A stretch of DNA of 64,000 nt, from positions 2,315-66,314 of the forward strand of contig JAZSFA010000071.1 in assembly GCA_045531965.1 (NCBI GenBank). The letters are read 5' to 3'. This stretch comes from Eubacteriales bacterium (GTDB lineage Bacteria; Bacillota; Clostridia; Oscillospirales; CAG-272). The notes beneath the pieces were generated by a model. It did no database searches. It had not been told where the DNA came from and worked only from the letters and a program-made list of their open reading frames with translations. Position numbers and translations under genes: made by a program. Each line of letters starts with the position of its first letter. The first letter of the stretch is position 1. This document shows, piece after piece, positions 1 through 9,787 of the stretch.

Positions 1-450
1 TTCGATGACGATCTGACCTTGCTCATTGATACCCTTGAGGATGCCTCGCCAAACCTTGCTGCCGTCCACGGGGGCAAAGAGGCGAAGCTCCACTTCGTCT
101 CCTGTGCAGACCTCGAAATGCTCAGGTCGGGTCAGATCCCGCTCGATACCGGGGGAGGAGACTTCCAAGAGGTAAGCGTCTTCAATGGGATCAGCTTCGT
201 CCAAAATGGGATCGATGGCACGGGTCATGCGCTCGCAGTCGTCAATGGTGATGCCGTCATCGGAGTCGATGGTCACACGGAGAATCATATCAGCGCCTTC
301 CTTGACGTATTCCACGTCCCAAAGAAAATATCCCAGCTCATCGGCTGTGGGGGTGATCAGTTCTCTGACCGTCTCTGCGATGCGGGATCGGCTCCCCGAG
401 GGGCGACGAACGGCGCGGAGCGGTTTGGTAGGGTTTTGATGTTCCGACAT
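1..450 (-). CDS. rimP: Ribosome maturation factor RimP (3' end runs off the window)
   Basis: Missing from the ORF track; manual translation from ATG at 450 gives MSEHQNP...LWDVEYVKEGADMILRVTIDSDDGITIDDCERMTRAIDPILDEADPIEDAYLLEVSSPGIER, with the RimP LEVSSPG motif; AAGGAG RBS upstream. Confidence 0.95.
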   Translation of the reverse strand, partial: MSEHQNPTKPLRAVRRPSGSRSRIAETVRELITPTADELGYFLWDVEYVKEGADMILRVTIDSDDGITIDDCERMTRAIDPILDEADPIEDAYLLEVSSPGIERDLTRPEHFEVCTGDEVELRLFAPVDGSKVWRGILKGINEQGQIVIE

Positions 451-479
451 AAGACTCCTTTCTTTCTGAGGCAAAAGTT

Positions 480-507
480 AAGAGTGGATTCGCCAAAACC
501 CACTCTT
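480..507 (-). promoter_or_regulatory. rimP leader hairpin (AAGAGTGGG...TCCACTCTT)
   Basis: Hairpin between the promoter and rimP, matching the conserved rimP/ylxS leader pattern. Confidence 0.75.
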
Positions 508-528
508 ACCATACTCTTCTACGCTAAC

Positions 529-557
529 AGTATAACACACTTTCCCTTGAAATGCAA
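529..557 (-). promoter_or_regulatory. Sigma-A promoter of rimP
   Basis: TTGCAT-17 nt-TATACT with extended TG on the minus strand. Confidence 0.75.
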
Positions 558-648
558 GAGGTTTTTTGAATTTTTGTTGAGAAAAATTCCCTCTGCTTTT
601 GCTTTTTTTTGGTCAACACCTACGAAAATGGGAGAAGACCGCCGAAAA

Positions 649-1125
649 TCAAAGGAAAGCCTTGAGCTTTTCGATGTGCGACTGCTCAAATTCTGTCAGA
701 TCCTTGGCAACGTTCAGCATTTCCTCGCAACCCTTTTGCCCCTCGAATCTGTGGCAGAGACGGGTGGATTCTGTGATCGCCATAGTGGAGCCTTCAATGA
801 GCATCTGCGCGATATGGCTGGAGGTGGCATCCATTGCCGTATTCATAGCGATACCCATACGGGCTGCCATGCGGGTCATCAGCGGCTCTTCCTTGGCAGC
901 CGCGTGATGTTCTTTTAAGAAAGCCTTGACTTTCCCTGCGGCTTTTTCATAATAACACATGGCAGCCGTCATAGAGGTCTTCATGCCGTTGTCCTTTACT
1001 TTGGGTAAAAGATGGATGACGGCATCTGACCCCATGGTGATGTTTTTGTATAGTTCGGTTGCCAGTTCAACAGCGGGGGACTTTTTTTCTTCTCCGACAG
1101 CGGAGGTTTTCCGTTGGTCTTCCAT
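649..1125 (-). CDS. Conserved clostridial helical (ferritin-like) protein, possibly sporulation related
   Basis: 158 aa ORF with RBS and SHIAQMLIEGS segment; upstream CATACT resembles a sporulation sigma -10 box (weak). Confidence 0.6.
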   Translation of the reverse strand: MEDQRKTSAVGEEKKSPAVELATELYKNITMGSDAVIHLLPKVKDNGMKTSMTAAMCYYEKAAGKVKAFLKEHHAAAKEEPLMTRMAARMGIAMNTAMDATSSHIAQMLIEGSTMAITESTRLCHRFEGQKGCEEMLNVAKDLTEFEQSHIEKLKAFL

Positions 1126-1214
1126 GAGTTCGTTCCTTTCTTTGTTGGGATGATCACAGTATGCGCCAATGCGGGCTTAATGTTGCATGAAATCGTAAAA
1201 TGTTTCGATGCAAC

Positions 1215-1243
1215 TTGACGAACGGGATCTTTTGTGCTATAAT
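1215..1243 (+). promoter_or_regulatory. Sigma-A promoter
   Basis: TTGACG-17 nt-TATAAT with extended TG. Confidence 0.8.
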
Positions 1244-1290
1244 ATAAAATTGGAATGATATTCTCGCTTGCGTAGGAAAGGAATCTTCAT

Positions 1291-2079
1291 ATGTCGGAAA
1301 AAAGCAAAAAACTGATTTATTTGATATACGGCATTCTGCAGTCAGTGCTATTGCTTATATGCGGCGCGTGTCTCATCGTGGCATGCCTTGATATTTATAA
1401 CGGTGGTAGTGGTACATTTTCCCGTGAGGCGGTCACGACTCAATTTGATCGGATTCTCCTGCCTGTAATTTTATGCCTTGGGGGCGTAATCGTCGGCTGC
1501 ATTTTAACCCTGCTTTTGCCACGCGAGCCTAAAAAAGTGAAGGGAGGCATGATGCCTTCCGATGCCATTCGACGTTTGTCGGCTCGTGTCGATTGGGGCA
1601 GCTGTCCTGCGGATGTGATCGCCGCTCGAAAGAAAGAGCGTGTTTTTCGGTTGATCCTGCGTATCATGGCGGGGGCTGTTTGTGTTGCCGTGGCGATCCC
1701 AAGCGTTTTGTACCTTTTGAATTTGTCCCATTTTGATGACATTGGAAACGGCTTGACCGAAGATATTGTGGCTGCCATGAAGCTGGTGCTTCCTGCCGCC
1801 GCGGTAGGACTTTCGGCATGGATCGTGGTGACCTTCGCTTGCCATTTCAGCGACAAACGGGAGTTGGCTGTTCTCAAGGACGCCTTGAAGGCGGCGCCTT
1901 TAAAAGGAAAAGCTTCCGTTAACTCCAAAGAAGGCGGTGCTTATGGGGTTTGGATCGTGCGGGGCGCGGTCTTGCTTGTGTCGGTTGTCCTGATCGTCTT
2001 GGGCATTGTCAACGGCGGTATGGAGGACGTCCTGCAAAAGGCGATCCGTATCTGCACCGAATGTATCGGTTTGGGTTAA
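1291..2079 (+). CDS. Multi-pass membrane protein with C-terminal CD1871A-type CxxC motif
   Basis: About 5 hydrophobic segments; ends KAIRICTECIGLG. Confidence 0.75.
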   Translation: MSEKSKKLIYLIYGILQSVLLLICGACLIVACLDIYNGGSGTFSREAVTTQFDRILLPVILCLGGVIVGCILTLLLPREPKKVKGGMMPSDAIRRLSARVDWGSCPADVIAARKKERVFRLILRIMAGAVCVAVAIPSVLYLLNLSHFDDIGNGLTEDIVAAMKLVLPAAAVGLSAWIVVTFACHFSDKRELAVLKDALKAAPLKGKASVNSKEGGAYGVWIVRGAVLLVSVVLIVLGIVNGGMEDVLQKAIRICTECIGLG

Positions 2080-2092
2080 GGGGGAGACGCAC

Positions 2093-3754
2093 ATGAAAAA
2101 GATCACAACATGGTTTAAAAACCACTTGCCCACCAAGCGCCGCTGGATCCAGCTGTATGCGGCGCTCCTGTTTAACGCCAACCTCAAGGGCTTTGGAAAC
2201 GGACAGATCTATAAAGGTCCTTTGAAGAACATTTGTACCCCCGGTCTCAATTGCTATTCCTGTCCGGGTGCTTCTGGCGCTTGCCCTCTGGGGGCGCTCC
2301 AGAATGCGTTGTCAGACAGCGGACACACCCTACCGTTTTACGTGTTTGGTGTGATCGCCCTGTATGGATTGCTCTTTGGTCGTTGGATTTGCGGTTTCCT
2401 CTGCCCCTTTGGCCTCATTCAAGAATGGTTACATAAGATTCCTACGCCAAAATTAAAAAAGAACAAGGTCACGCGGGTGCTGTCCTGGTTCAAATACGTC
2501 ATCCTTGTGGTGTTTGTGCTTATCCTGCCCGTGATGTATATGTTCCGTGACTTCCCTCTGCCCGCTTTCTGCAAGTATATTTGCCCCGCGGGGACGCTTG
2601 AAGGGGCAATGGGACTTTTGTCAAACAAGGTCAATGACAGCCTGTTTGGCATGCTTGGTCCGCTATTCACGTGGAAATTTCTTTTGATGGTCAGTTTTAT
2701 TGTCGCTTGCGTTTTCGTTTTCAGATGCTTCTGCCGTTTTATCTGTCCATTGGGCGCGCTTTACGGTCTCTTTAATAAGTTTGCGCTGGTAGGCGTGAAG
2801 GTGGAAAAGACCAAGTGTACCGATTGTGGTCTCTGCGTCGGTAAGTGCCGGATGGATATTCGCCGTGTAGGCGATCACGAATGCATCCATTGCGGCGAAT
2901 GTATCGAGGTTTGTCCCACCCAAGCCATCCAATGGAAGGGCTCAAAATGGGTGCTCCCTGCCAATGAGATCGACATTCCGGAGCAAGCGACCGAGGCAGA
3001 GCGTGAGACTGCCGAAGCCGCTTTGAAAGAGAAAAATCAAAAGATCGTTAAACGCAACCGCGCGGTCAAGACAGTGGTGGCTGTCCTCATGATCGCCACA
3101 TTGGCAGGTGCGTTGGTCTACTATAATTTCATCGACAGAGAAACACCTCCCGTGATACCGCCCGTGGAGAGTGACACCGAGCCGGAAGATACGTTGGAAG
3201 GGACTGTCCAACCGGATGCGCCTGAAAGACCTAAAAAGGGCACGGACGTAGGCAACGAGTGTTATGGGTGGTCACTGCCTTATATCATGGAAGACGGCGC
3301 GTTCAGCATCAAAGAAGGCAGAGGAACGATCACTGTTCTGAACTTCTGGGGAACTTGGTGCGGTCCGTGCAAAGCCGAACTGCCACACTTCAGCCAGATT
3401 GCTTCTGAGTATAAGGAGGATGTCCGTGTGGTGACGATTCACTCAGAATACGGTATGGATCAGTCTGAGGCGTATATTGCCGAGAATTATTCCACATCGG
3501 ATATGCTCTTTACCTATGACGAAAAAGATGCGTTCTACAACCTGTTAATCAAGGGTTCTTCATGGCCCACCACGGTGGTTTTGGACGAAAACGGTGTGAT
3601 CCTTTATAAGCGTGTAGGCAAGATGGAATACGATGAATTGAAGGCGGTGCTTGACACCATCCTTGCGTATGAATCAACAACAGATTTCATAGATTATGAC
3701 GAGCTGATTGCGGCTGTGGAAACGGCGGCGGAAGCGACCCGCGCTGCGGAATGA
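2093..3754 (+). CDS. Membrane 4Fe-4S binding protein (NapH/YccM-like) fused to a TlpA-like thioredoxin domain
   Basis: CxxxCP motifs (CGFLCP, CKYICP, CRFICP), 2x CxxCxxCxxxC ferredoxin motifs, then a TM helix and LNFWGTWCGPC; ATG at 2093 after GGAG. Confidence 0.85.
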   Translation: MKKITTWFKNHLPTKRRWIQLYAALLFNANLKGFGNGQIYKGPLKNICTPGLNCYSCPGASGACPLGALQNALSDSGHTLPFYVFGVIALYGLLFGRWICGFLCPFGLIQEWLHKIPTPKLKKNKVTRVLSWFKYVILVVFVLILPVMYMFRDFPLPAFCKYICPAGTLEGAMGLLSNKVNDSLFGMLGPLFTWKFLLMVSFIVACVFVFRCFCRFICPLGALYGLFNKFALVGVKVEKTKCTDCGLCVGKCRMDIRRVGDHECIHCGECIEVCPTQAIQWKGSKWVLPANEIDIPEQATEAERETAEAALKEKNQKIVKRNRAVKTVVAVLMIATLAGALVYYNFIDRETPPVIPPVESDTEPEDTLEGTVQPDAPERPKKGTDVGNECYGWSLPYIMEDGAFSIKEGRGTITVLNFWGTWCGPCKAELPHFSQIASEYKEDVRVVTIHSEYGMDQSEAYIAENYSTSDMLFTYDEKDAFYNLLIKGSSWPTTVVLDENGVILYKRVGKMEYDELKAVLDTILAYESTTDFIDYDELIAAVETAAEATRAAE

Positions 3755-3771
3755 TAGAAGGAGGAATGTGC

Positions 3772-5490
3772 ATGAAAAAGAATGTTTTGAAGTTGCTTAC
3801 CGTCTTTGGGGCGGTCATCCTTCTGCTTACCGCTTGCCAAGGCGTAAGCGAGCGGGAAACCGATCCTGCAACCGACACACCTACCCAAGCGATAACAGAT
3901 GGGTCTATGCAGGACAGCAACCCTGAGACAGAAACTCTTGAAACCGAAGGTGCGACCACGGAAGGAGAAGATATCGTGATCAAGGAACCTATCATCCCTA
4001 TTGTTTTTGAAGAGATCAAACCTGCCGAGGATCTTGAAAAGTTCATTGCCGAGGTGGATTATGCCGATGGTGCCCACGATAACGAAGCCAAGACTGTGGG
4101 GACCATAATCTCCCCCTACTTTACTATGACGGTCAATGACATTGCCGTGGATTGCTATGCGGTTCGTACGACTTATGGCGTCCATTCCTTTGCAATGATT
4201 GATGCAACCGATGCCAGCTTCCCCTTGGCGGTGGAAGTAGGCGTAAACGGTACGGTCAATAGGCGGATCGTTTTACCTGCTCATTATGGTGTTACGGCAG
4301 AGAAAACCGAAAAGGGCATCGCTGCGACCATTGAAGGCTATGGCAACTATACATTTGTCATCAACGAAGACAAGACGACTGCCGTGACGCTGTTTGTCCG
4401 TGCCCACGAAACCTATGTGGCTCCTGAAGGCTACGAGGTGATCAAGGTGGCTCCCGGCGTGCATAACGAGCAACTGACCTTCACGGGAGAAAAGCAGGTA
4501 TTGTATTTTGAGGCGGGTGTTCACGGCCTGAAGTATAATGTCAATTTCAAAAACAACACCGAGGTCTATTTGGAGCGTGGCGCGTTCATCTATGCAGAAA
4601 TGCCCGACAGACAGGAAAAGCCTTTCCTTGATCCCGCTTGGTCGGGCAAGACCCGCTGGCACGCTTTGTTTCAAGGCAACGGCGTATCCAATGTTCGTAT
4701 CAGCGGTCACGGCTATATAGATATGTCTCATCTGGATTGGCACGCCCGCTCGGTTGTGCAGTTTAACGAATCCAAAAACATCACGGTGGACGGCATCACC
4801 ATGAACAACAGCCCGGAATGGACTGTTTACTTTACCCAGTGCGAGGATATCACCGTCACCGACGTGATGCTCTTCGGTTATCGTCAGAATAGCGACGGTA
4901 TTGCTGTGGTAGACAGCCGCAATGCCCTTGTCAAGGATTGTTTTGCTCGCTCGGGAGACGACCTCTTTGAGGTCAAATCCATGTATGGCGGCTGTCAGAT
5001 CAAGATTGAGAATATCGTCTTTGACAACTGCAACGCCTGGCCCGACAAGGCGCGCGGCATAGGCATCATTGCCGAAACGACCAGAGATATGACCAATATC
5101 ACGTTTAAAAACTGTTCTGTCGGTTTTGCGTCTGCCGAGTGGATGGAAGATTTGGGTGCCTTGGTGGTGTACACCGAAGGCCCCGCAAAGATCACAAACG
5201 TGACCTTTGAAAACATTGAACTGCATGACAGCGCAAAGTATCCCATCAACGTCACCATAGGCAATAAGTCTAAGGCGCAGATCGAGGGCTTGACTTTCCG
5301 TAACGTGCTCATGAACGGTTCGCGCAAGGTGCGTATCTGCAACCGTTCCGAAGTGGGCGGCGCTATCAATGGGGTCACCTTTGAAAACTGTATCCGCAAC
5401 AACAAGAACATCACTTCCCAGAAAGTGCTGGGCGCTTCTGTGGAAAACGTGGATACATCCAAGATTTTTGTTGTCTGGAAAGAGAAATGA
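3772..5490 (+). CDS. Lipoprotein with pectin-lyase-fold beta-helix (GH28-like)
   Basis: Lipobox LLTAC; NSDG and GDD motifs; repeated NITFxN beta-helix pattern. Confidence 0.75.
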   Translation: MKKNVLKLLTVFGAVILLLTACQGVSERETDPATDTPTQAITDGSMQDSNPETETLETEGATTEGEDIVIKEPIIPIVFEEIKPAEDLEKFIAEVDYADGAHDNEAKTVGTIISPYFTMTVNDIAVDCYAVRTTYGVHSFAMIDATDASFPLAVEVGVNGTVNRRIVLPAHYGVTAEKTEKGIAATIEGYGNYTFVINEDKTTAVTLFVRAHETYVAPEGYEVIKVAPGVHNEQLTFTGEKQVLYFEAGVHGLKYNVNFKNNTEVYLERGAFIYAEMPDRQEKPFLDPAWSGKTRWHALFQGNGVSNVRISGHGYIDMSHLDWHARSVVQFNESKNITVDGITMNNSPEWTVYFTQCEDITVTDVMLFGYRQNSDGIAVVDSRNALVKDCFARSGDDLFEVKSMYGGCQIKIENIVFDNCNAWPDKARGIGIIAETTRDMTNITFKNCSVGFASAEWMEDLGALVVYTEGPAKITNVTFENIELHDSAKYPINVTIGNKSKAQIEGLTFRNVLMNGSRKVRICNRSEVGGAINGVTFENCIRNNKNITSQKVLGASVENVDTSKIFVVWKEK

Positions 5491-5593
5491 TCCAAGAAGT
5501 TTGATAGAATTTTGTCAAAATGCACGAAATTCATTCGTCTCGTTTGTTTCAAAGGTGCAAAACGGAGAAACTGAAAAAAATTCCCAAAAAGCC

Positions 5594-5622
5594 TTGCATT
5601 ATTTGGAAATTTGGGGTACAAT
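5594..5622 (+). promoter_or_regulatory. Sigma-A promoter of gap
   Basis: TTGCAT-17 nt-TACAAT. Confidence 0.7.
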
Positions 5623-5700
5623 ATATTCTTGGAAGAGAAGGGTTCTTCCAAATCACTGTATGTCAAAAATAAAAACTATATAAAATGGAGGATTTTTACC

Positions 5701-6717
5701 ATGTCTGTAAAAGTTGCTATCAATGGCTTTGGCCGTATCGGCCGTCTGGCTTTCCGTCAGATGTTCGGCGCTGAGGGTTATGAGATCGTTGCCATCAACG
5801 ACCTGACCAAGGCTTCTATGCTGGCTCACCTGCTCAAGTACGACACCGCTCAGGGTCGTTACGACGGTCACACCGTTGTCGCTGACGACGAGGCCGGTAC
5901 CATCACCGTTGACGGTAAGGTTCTGAAGATCTACGCTGAGAAGGACGCTGCTAACTGTCCTTGGGGCGAGCTGGGTGTTGACGTTGTTCTGGAGTGCACC
6001 GGCTTCTACTGCTCCACCGAGAAGTCCATGGCTCACATCAACGCCGGCGCTAAGAAGGTTGTTATCTCTGCTCCCGCAGGTAAGGATCTGAAGACCATCG
6101 TTTACGGCGTTAACGAGAAGACTCTGTCCGCTGAGGACACCATCATCTCCGCCGCTTCCTGCACCACCAACTGCCTGGCTCCCATGGCTAAGGCTCTGAA
6201 CGACGCATATCCCATCCAGTCCGGTATCATGACCACCGTTCACGCTTACACCGGTGACCAGATGATCCTGGACGGCCCCCACAGAAAGGGTGACCTCCGC
6301 CGCGCTCGCGCAGGTGCTCAGAACATCGTTCCCAACTCCACCGGTGCTGCTAAGGCTATCGGTCTGGTTATTCCCGAGCTGAACGGCAAGCTGATCGGTT
6401 CCGCTCAGCGCGTTCCCACCTGCACCGGCTCCACCACCATTCTGGTAGCCGTTGTTAAGGGCACTGACGTTACCGTTGACAGCATCAACGCTGCTATGAA
6501 GGCTCAGGCTTCCGCTTCCTTCGGCTACAACGAGGATCAGATCGTTTCCTCCGATATCATCGGTATCACCTACGGTTCTCTGTTCGACTCCACCCAGACC
6601 ATGGTGGCTAAGATCGACGACGACACCTACCAGGTTCAGGTTGTTTCTTGGTACGACAACGAGAACTCCTACACCAGCCAGATGGTCCGCACCATCAAGT
6701 ACTTCGCTGAGATCTAA
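5701..6717 (+). CDS. gap: Type I glyceraldehyde-3-phosphate dehydrogenase
   Basis: [21 protein letters not shown] motifs; GGAGG RBS; strongly biased codon usage. Confidence 0.99.
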   Translation: MSVKVAINGFGRIGRLAFRQMFGAEGYEIVAINDLTKASMLAHLLKYDTAQGRYDGHTVVADDEAGTITVDGKVLKIYAEKDAANCPWGELGVDVVLECTGFYCSTEKSMAHINAGAKKVVISAPAGKDLKTIVYGVNEKTLSAEDTIISAASCTTNCLAPMAKALNDAYPIQSGIMTTVHAYTGDQMILDGPHRKGDLRRARAGAQNIVPNSTGAAKAIGLVIPELNGKLIGSAQRVPTCTGSTTILVAVVKGTDVTVDSINAAMKAQASASFGYNEDQIVSSDIIGITYGSLFDSTQTMVAKIDDDTYQVQVVSWYDNENSYTSQMVRTIKYFAEI

Positions 6718-6738
6718 TTCGGAACTCAATGAGAAATG

Positions 6739-6768
6739 CCCCGCCGTGGTTTCCACGGCGGGGTTTTT
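6739..6768 (+). terminator. Intrinsic terminator after gap
   Basis: 11-bp stem CCCCGCCGTGG/CCACGGCGGGG plus T-run. Confidence 0.9.
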
Positions 6769-6781
6769 CTCTCCCCCAATC

Positions 6782-6810
6782 TTGACAATCCCGCCTATGT
6801 ATGCTATACT
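6782..6810 (+). promoter_or_regulatory. Strong sigma-A promoter
   Basis: TTGACA-17 nt-TATACT with extended TG. Confidence 0.85.
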
Positions 6811-6816
6811 GAACCC

Positions 6817-7005
6817 ATCGCGCCCCGTGTGCGCTGAGAAAAGCTTTCTCAAAGTGACAGAAGGGAGATAGCGTGAAAGTTAAATGATCCAAAACCGAAG
6901 TTCACTGTTTCACGCACAATTCTCCCTAAAATGGGACCCACCCATTTTGTCGCATAAGCGACACGGTCGAATTTCATAATATTTTTGTGCCGCCGTTGGT
7001 GGCGA
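6817..7005 (+). ncRNA. Putative structured non-coding RNA or long leader (family unassigned; 6S-like size)
   Basis: Begins right after a consensus promoter; several stems (TGAGAAA/TTTCTCA, GGGAGA/TCTCCC, GCGTGAAA/TTTCACGC, AAAATGGG/CCCATTTT, GTCGC/GCGAC); 5' and 3' ends can pair. Confidence 0.5.
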
Positions 7006-7020
7006 AATGGATATATATAT

Positions 7021-7548
7021 ATGGCATACAAATACAGCGAGACCCGCAAGCACATCCTGACCCCCGAATTGGTTCTTAATGATCTGAAGGAAGATAACAA
7101 GGCAACCAAGGTCATCTCTATTTTCTTGCTGATCATTCCGCCCTTCGCGGCTTTGGTTTTTACAGTTATGATGTCCCTTGTCTCGGATGATATGGGGACT
7201 GTCCTCTACGGTATTCTCTGTGGTTTGGTCTGGCTTGGTGCCGTACTCCTGATGGCTGTTTCAGCAATGCTGTTGAAGGATAGCTGTAAAAAACTCAAGC
7301 CCTCGGACATCCACATCGTCAAGTGTCGGTTGGAGACCATTGCCCTTAACGAGGCGCAAAGAACGTGGAGACGAGACACCGTCTATCGCGACGTGTTCTA
7401 CCTTGAGGGCATGAGCAAGTATTTTCCCACCTCTACCCAAGTGGCGTTGGCCGAGGAGGGCGACGAATACTATGTCGTGACGCGCGGAGAAGGCTCCACT
7501 CACCCCATCCGCATTTACCGCGCCGATGCTTATATCTGGAACGGCTGA
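7021..7548 (+). CDS. Hypothetical membrane protein (2 TM)
   Basis: ORF with two hydrophobic helices; ATG at 7021, weak RBS. Confidence 0.7.
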   Translation: MAYKYSETRKHILTPELVLNDLKEDNKATKVISIFLLIIPPFAALVFTVMMSLVSDDMGTVLYGILCGLVWLGAVLLMAVSAMLLKDSCKKLKPSDIHIVKCRLETIALNEAQRTWRRDTVYRDVFYLEGMSKYFPTSTQVALAEEGDEYYVVTRGEGSTHPIRIYRADAYIWNG

Positions 7549-7620
7549 TCCGTACGGATACGGGGAAGAAAACTGCTTGCTTTGGATGGTTAAGACACAA
7601 AGAATATCACTTTATAACCA

Positions 7621-7659
7621 AAAAGGAACCGAACGTCACGCTCGGTTCCTTCTCTTTTT
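7621..7659. terminator. Bidirectional terminator
   Basis: AAGGAACCGA/TCGGTTCCTT stem with A-run and T-run between convergent genes. Confidence 0.8.
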
Positions 7660-9658
7660 AATCCTGAAGCTCTTCCAGCTCCTCGTACACCTCCATCAGC
7701 CGCTCCTCTTTTTGGGTCTTGAGGGTGTCAAGCTCAGCCACGCGGACGAAATCCGTGGCGGCCTCACCGTTCATCTCGGCGTCGATGTCGTCAATGGCCT
7801 GCTCCAAGGCCTCGGCCTCGGCGGTGAGCTTTTTGATGCGATTCTGCCGCTTTCGCTCGTCGGAGGCGGAGCGCTTTGCCTTCTCATAGTCCTCCTTGGC
7901 GGTGGAGGGGGTGGCGCTTTCCGTGACAGCCGCACCCATCCTGGAGGGGGAGATGCCGCCCGTGCGGCGATTCTCCATGAAGCGGCGGTACTCGGTGTAG
8001 CCCTCGCCGGGGCGATCCACGTGATAGTCGGTGAAGTCGGCCTCCCCCGTCACACCCGAGATGCCCGCGCCGGGGGTGATCTCAATCATGCGGGAGGCCA
8101 GCTTTTCGATGAAATAACGGTCGTGGGAAACGGCGATGATGGTGCCGTCGAAATCCTTGAGGGCGGTCTCCAAGGCCTCGCGGGAGTCGATGTCCAGGTG
8201 GTTGGTGGGCTCGTCCAACACCAAGAGGTTCATCTTGGAGAGGATCAGCTTGCACAGGGTCAGCCGCGCACGCTCGCCGCCCGAAAGGACGGACGCTTCC
8301 TTGTAAACGTCCTCCCCGATGAAGCGGAATTGCGCCAGACGGTTGCGGATCTCGGTCTCGGTCAGCTTGGGATAAGCACTCCACAGCTCCTCAAGGACGG
8401 TGTTTTCGGGGGTGAGATTCTGGTTTTCCTGGTCGTAGTAGCCAATTTCCACGTTGTAGCCCGCCTCTATGACACCTGACAGCGGCTCTAACTTGCCGAT
8501 GATCAGCTTGATCAGGGTGGACTTGCCGCAGCCGTTCTGTCCCAGGATGAACAGATGGTCGTCCTTCTTGACGAGAAAGCTCAAACGTGAGAACAGGACG
8601 CGGTCGCCAAAGCCCATGGTCACGTCACGAAGATCCAGCACCTCGTTGCCGCTCTGCCGCGAGGCGGTGAAGCGGAGCTTGATGGGCGTGGGGGCGTTTT
8701 CGGGCTTTTCCAGGCGGACGATGCGATCCAGCATTTTCTGACGGCTCTCGGCGGCGATGATGTTGCGCTCACGGTTCCATCTGCGCTGTTGGGCGATGTA
8801 GGCCTCCTGACGGGCGATCTCCTTCTGCTGATCCTTGTAGTGCTTCTCGGCCAGGGCACGGTCGATCTCCCGCTGCTCCATGCTTTGGGTGTAGCCGCCG
8901 TTGTAGAGCTTGGCCTTGTGGTTCTGAATGCACAGGGTCTTATTGGTCACACGGTCGAGGAAGTAACGGTCGTGGGAGATAATCATGACACAGCCCTTGT
9001 AGTCGGAAAGGTAATGCTCCAGCCATCCCAGGGTCTCAATGTCCAAATGGTTGGTGGGCTCGTCCAGCAGCAGGACGTCAGGCTCGCGGGAGAGCTGGAT
9101 ACCCAAGGCGAGACGGGTCTTCTGTCCTCCGCTCAAGTGACGGACGGGCATATTGACCAGCGCATCGTCAAAGCCGAGACGGCGCAAAATGCCCAGGCAA
9201 CGGCCGCGGAACTCGAGGCCCCCGTCGGCAATAAACCGCTCGTTGAGGGCGGTGAACTCACGGGTCAGGATGTCATAGGCCTCCTGACCGCCTGCGGCCT
9301 CTATGCCCTCGTTGAGCTTGCGCTCCAATTCAGCAAGGCGTGCTTCGTCACGGAGCAGGGCGGGGAAGGCGTGGTACATATGGTCGAGGGCGGATTCGTC
9401 CTCGCTGCCATCCTCGCTTTCGGCGGCAAAGGCACCCTCCTGGGTGAGGATCCCCAGGGTCTTGCCCTTGGACAGATACACCTCGCCCTCGGTGGGCTCG
9501 TATTCTCCCGTGATCATTTTGAACAGGGAGGACTTGCCGCTGCCGTTGACGCCGATGATGCCCAGCTTGTCTTTTTCGTCCAGCGAAAAGGAGATGTTTT
9601 CAAGTATGGTGGTGGTGCCGAACCTGAGTGTCAGGTCGGTGACGCTGATGATGATCAT
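7658..9658 (-). CDS. ABC-F family ATPase
   Basis: Two NBDs (GVNGSGKS/LSGGQ/DEPTNHLD; GQNGCGKS/LSGGE/DEPTNHLD), no TM, C-terminal coiled coil. Confidence 0.95.
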   Translation of the reverse strand: MIIISVTDLTLRFGTTTILENISFSLDEKDKLGIIGVNGSGKSSLFKMITGEYEPTEGEVYLSKGKTLGILTQEGAFAAESEDGSEDESALDHMYHAFPALLRDEARLAELERKLNEGIEAAGGQEAYDILTREFTALNERFIADGGLEFRGRCLGILRRLGFDDALVNMPVRHLSGGQKTRLALGIQLSREPDVLLLDEPTNHLDIETLGWLEHYLSDYKGCVMIISHDRYFLDRVTNKTLCIQNHKAKLYNGGYTQSMEQREIDRALAEKHYKDQQKEIARQEAYIAQQRRWNRERNIIAAESRQKMLDRIVRLEKPENAPTPIKLRFTASRQSGNEVLDLRDVTMGFGDRVLFSRLSFLVKKDDHLFILGQNGCGKSTLIKLIIGKLEPLSGVIEAGYNVEIGYYDQENQNLTPENTVLEELWSAYPKLTETEIRNRLAQFRFIGEDVYKEASVLSGGERARLTLCKLILSKMNLLVLDEPTNHLDIDSREALETALKDFDGTIIAVSHDRYFIEKLASRMIEITPGAGISGVTGEADFTDYHVDRPGEGYTEYRRFMENRRTGGISPSRMGAAVTESATPSTAKEDYEKAKRSASDERKRQNRIKKLTAEAEALEQAIDDIDAEMNGEAATDFVRVAELDTLKTQKEERLMEVYEELEELQD

Positions 9659-9680
9659 ATGGTTTTCCTTTGGGGAGAGC

Positions 9681-9747
9681 GCAAGGGAACCCGCACTGCA
9701 AGCAGTGCCTTGAAAGAAGGTTCCCTTGACCCTCCAAGAACTTTTAA
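9681..9747 (+). repeat. REP-like palindromic repeat, copy 1 (with nested GCACTGC-AA-GCAGTGC hairpin)
   Basis: CAAGGGAACC...GGTTCCCTTG plus tail ACCCTCCAAGAACTTTT. Confidence 0.8.
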
Positions 9748-9787
9748 TAAAATAATTGATGGGATAGAGATAAATTTTATCGAGGTA

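Noticed and set aside
19..918. 299-aa plus-strand ORF
   Set aside because: Overlaps rimP and the 649-1125 gene on the opposite strand and crosses their intergenic promoter region.
5653..6852. Long antisense ORFs opposite gap, aspS (45258-47099), both SBPs, GH78 and others
   Set aside because: Shadow frames produced by biased codon usage of the real genes; no RBS or recognisable motifs.
6817..7005. Known riboswitch call (glycine, lysine, cobalamin, T-box, c-di-GMP)
   Set aside because: Only isolated words (GGAGA, CCGAAG, AAGGGA) match; the other required core motifs are absent.
7011..7022. (AT)6 run at the start codon as a phase-variation switch
   Set aside because: Too short to support slippage without population data.
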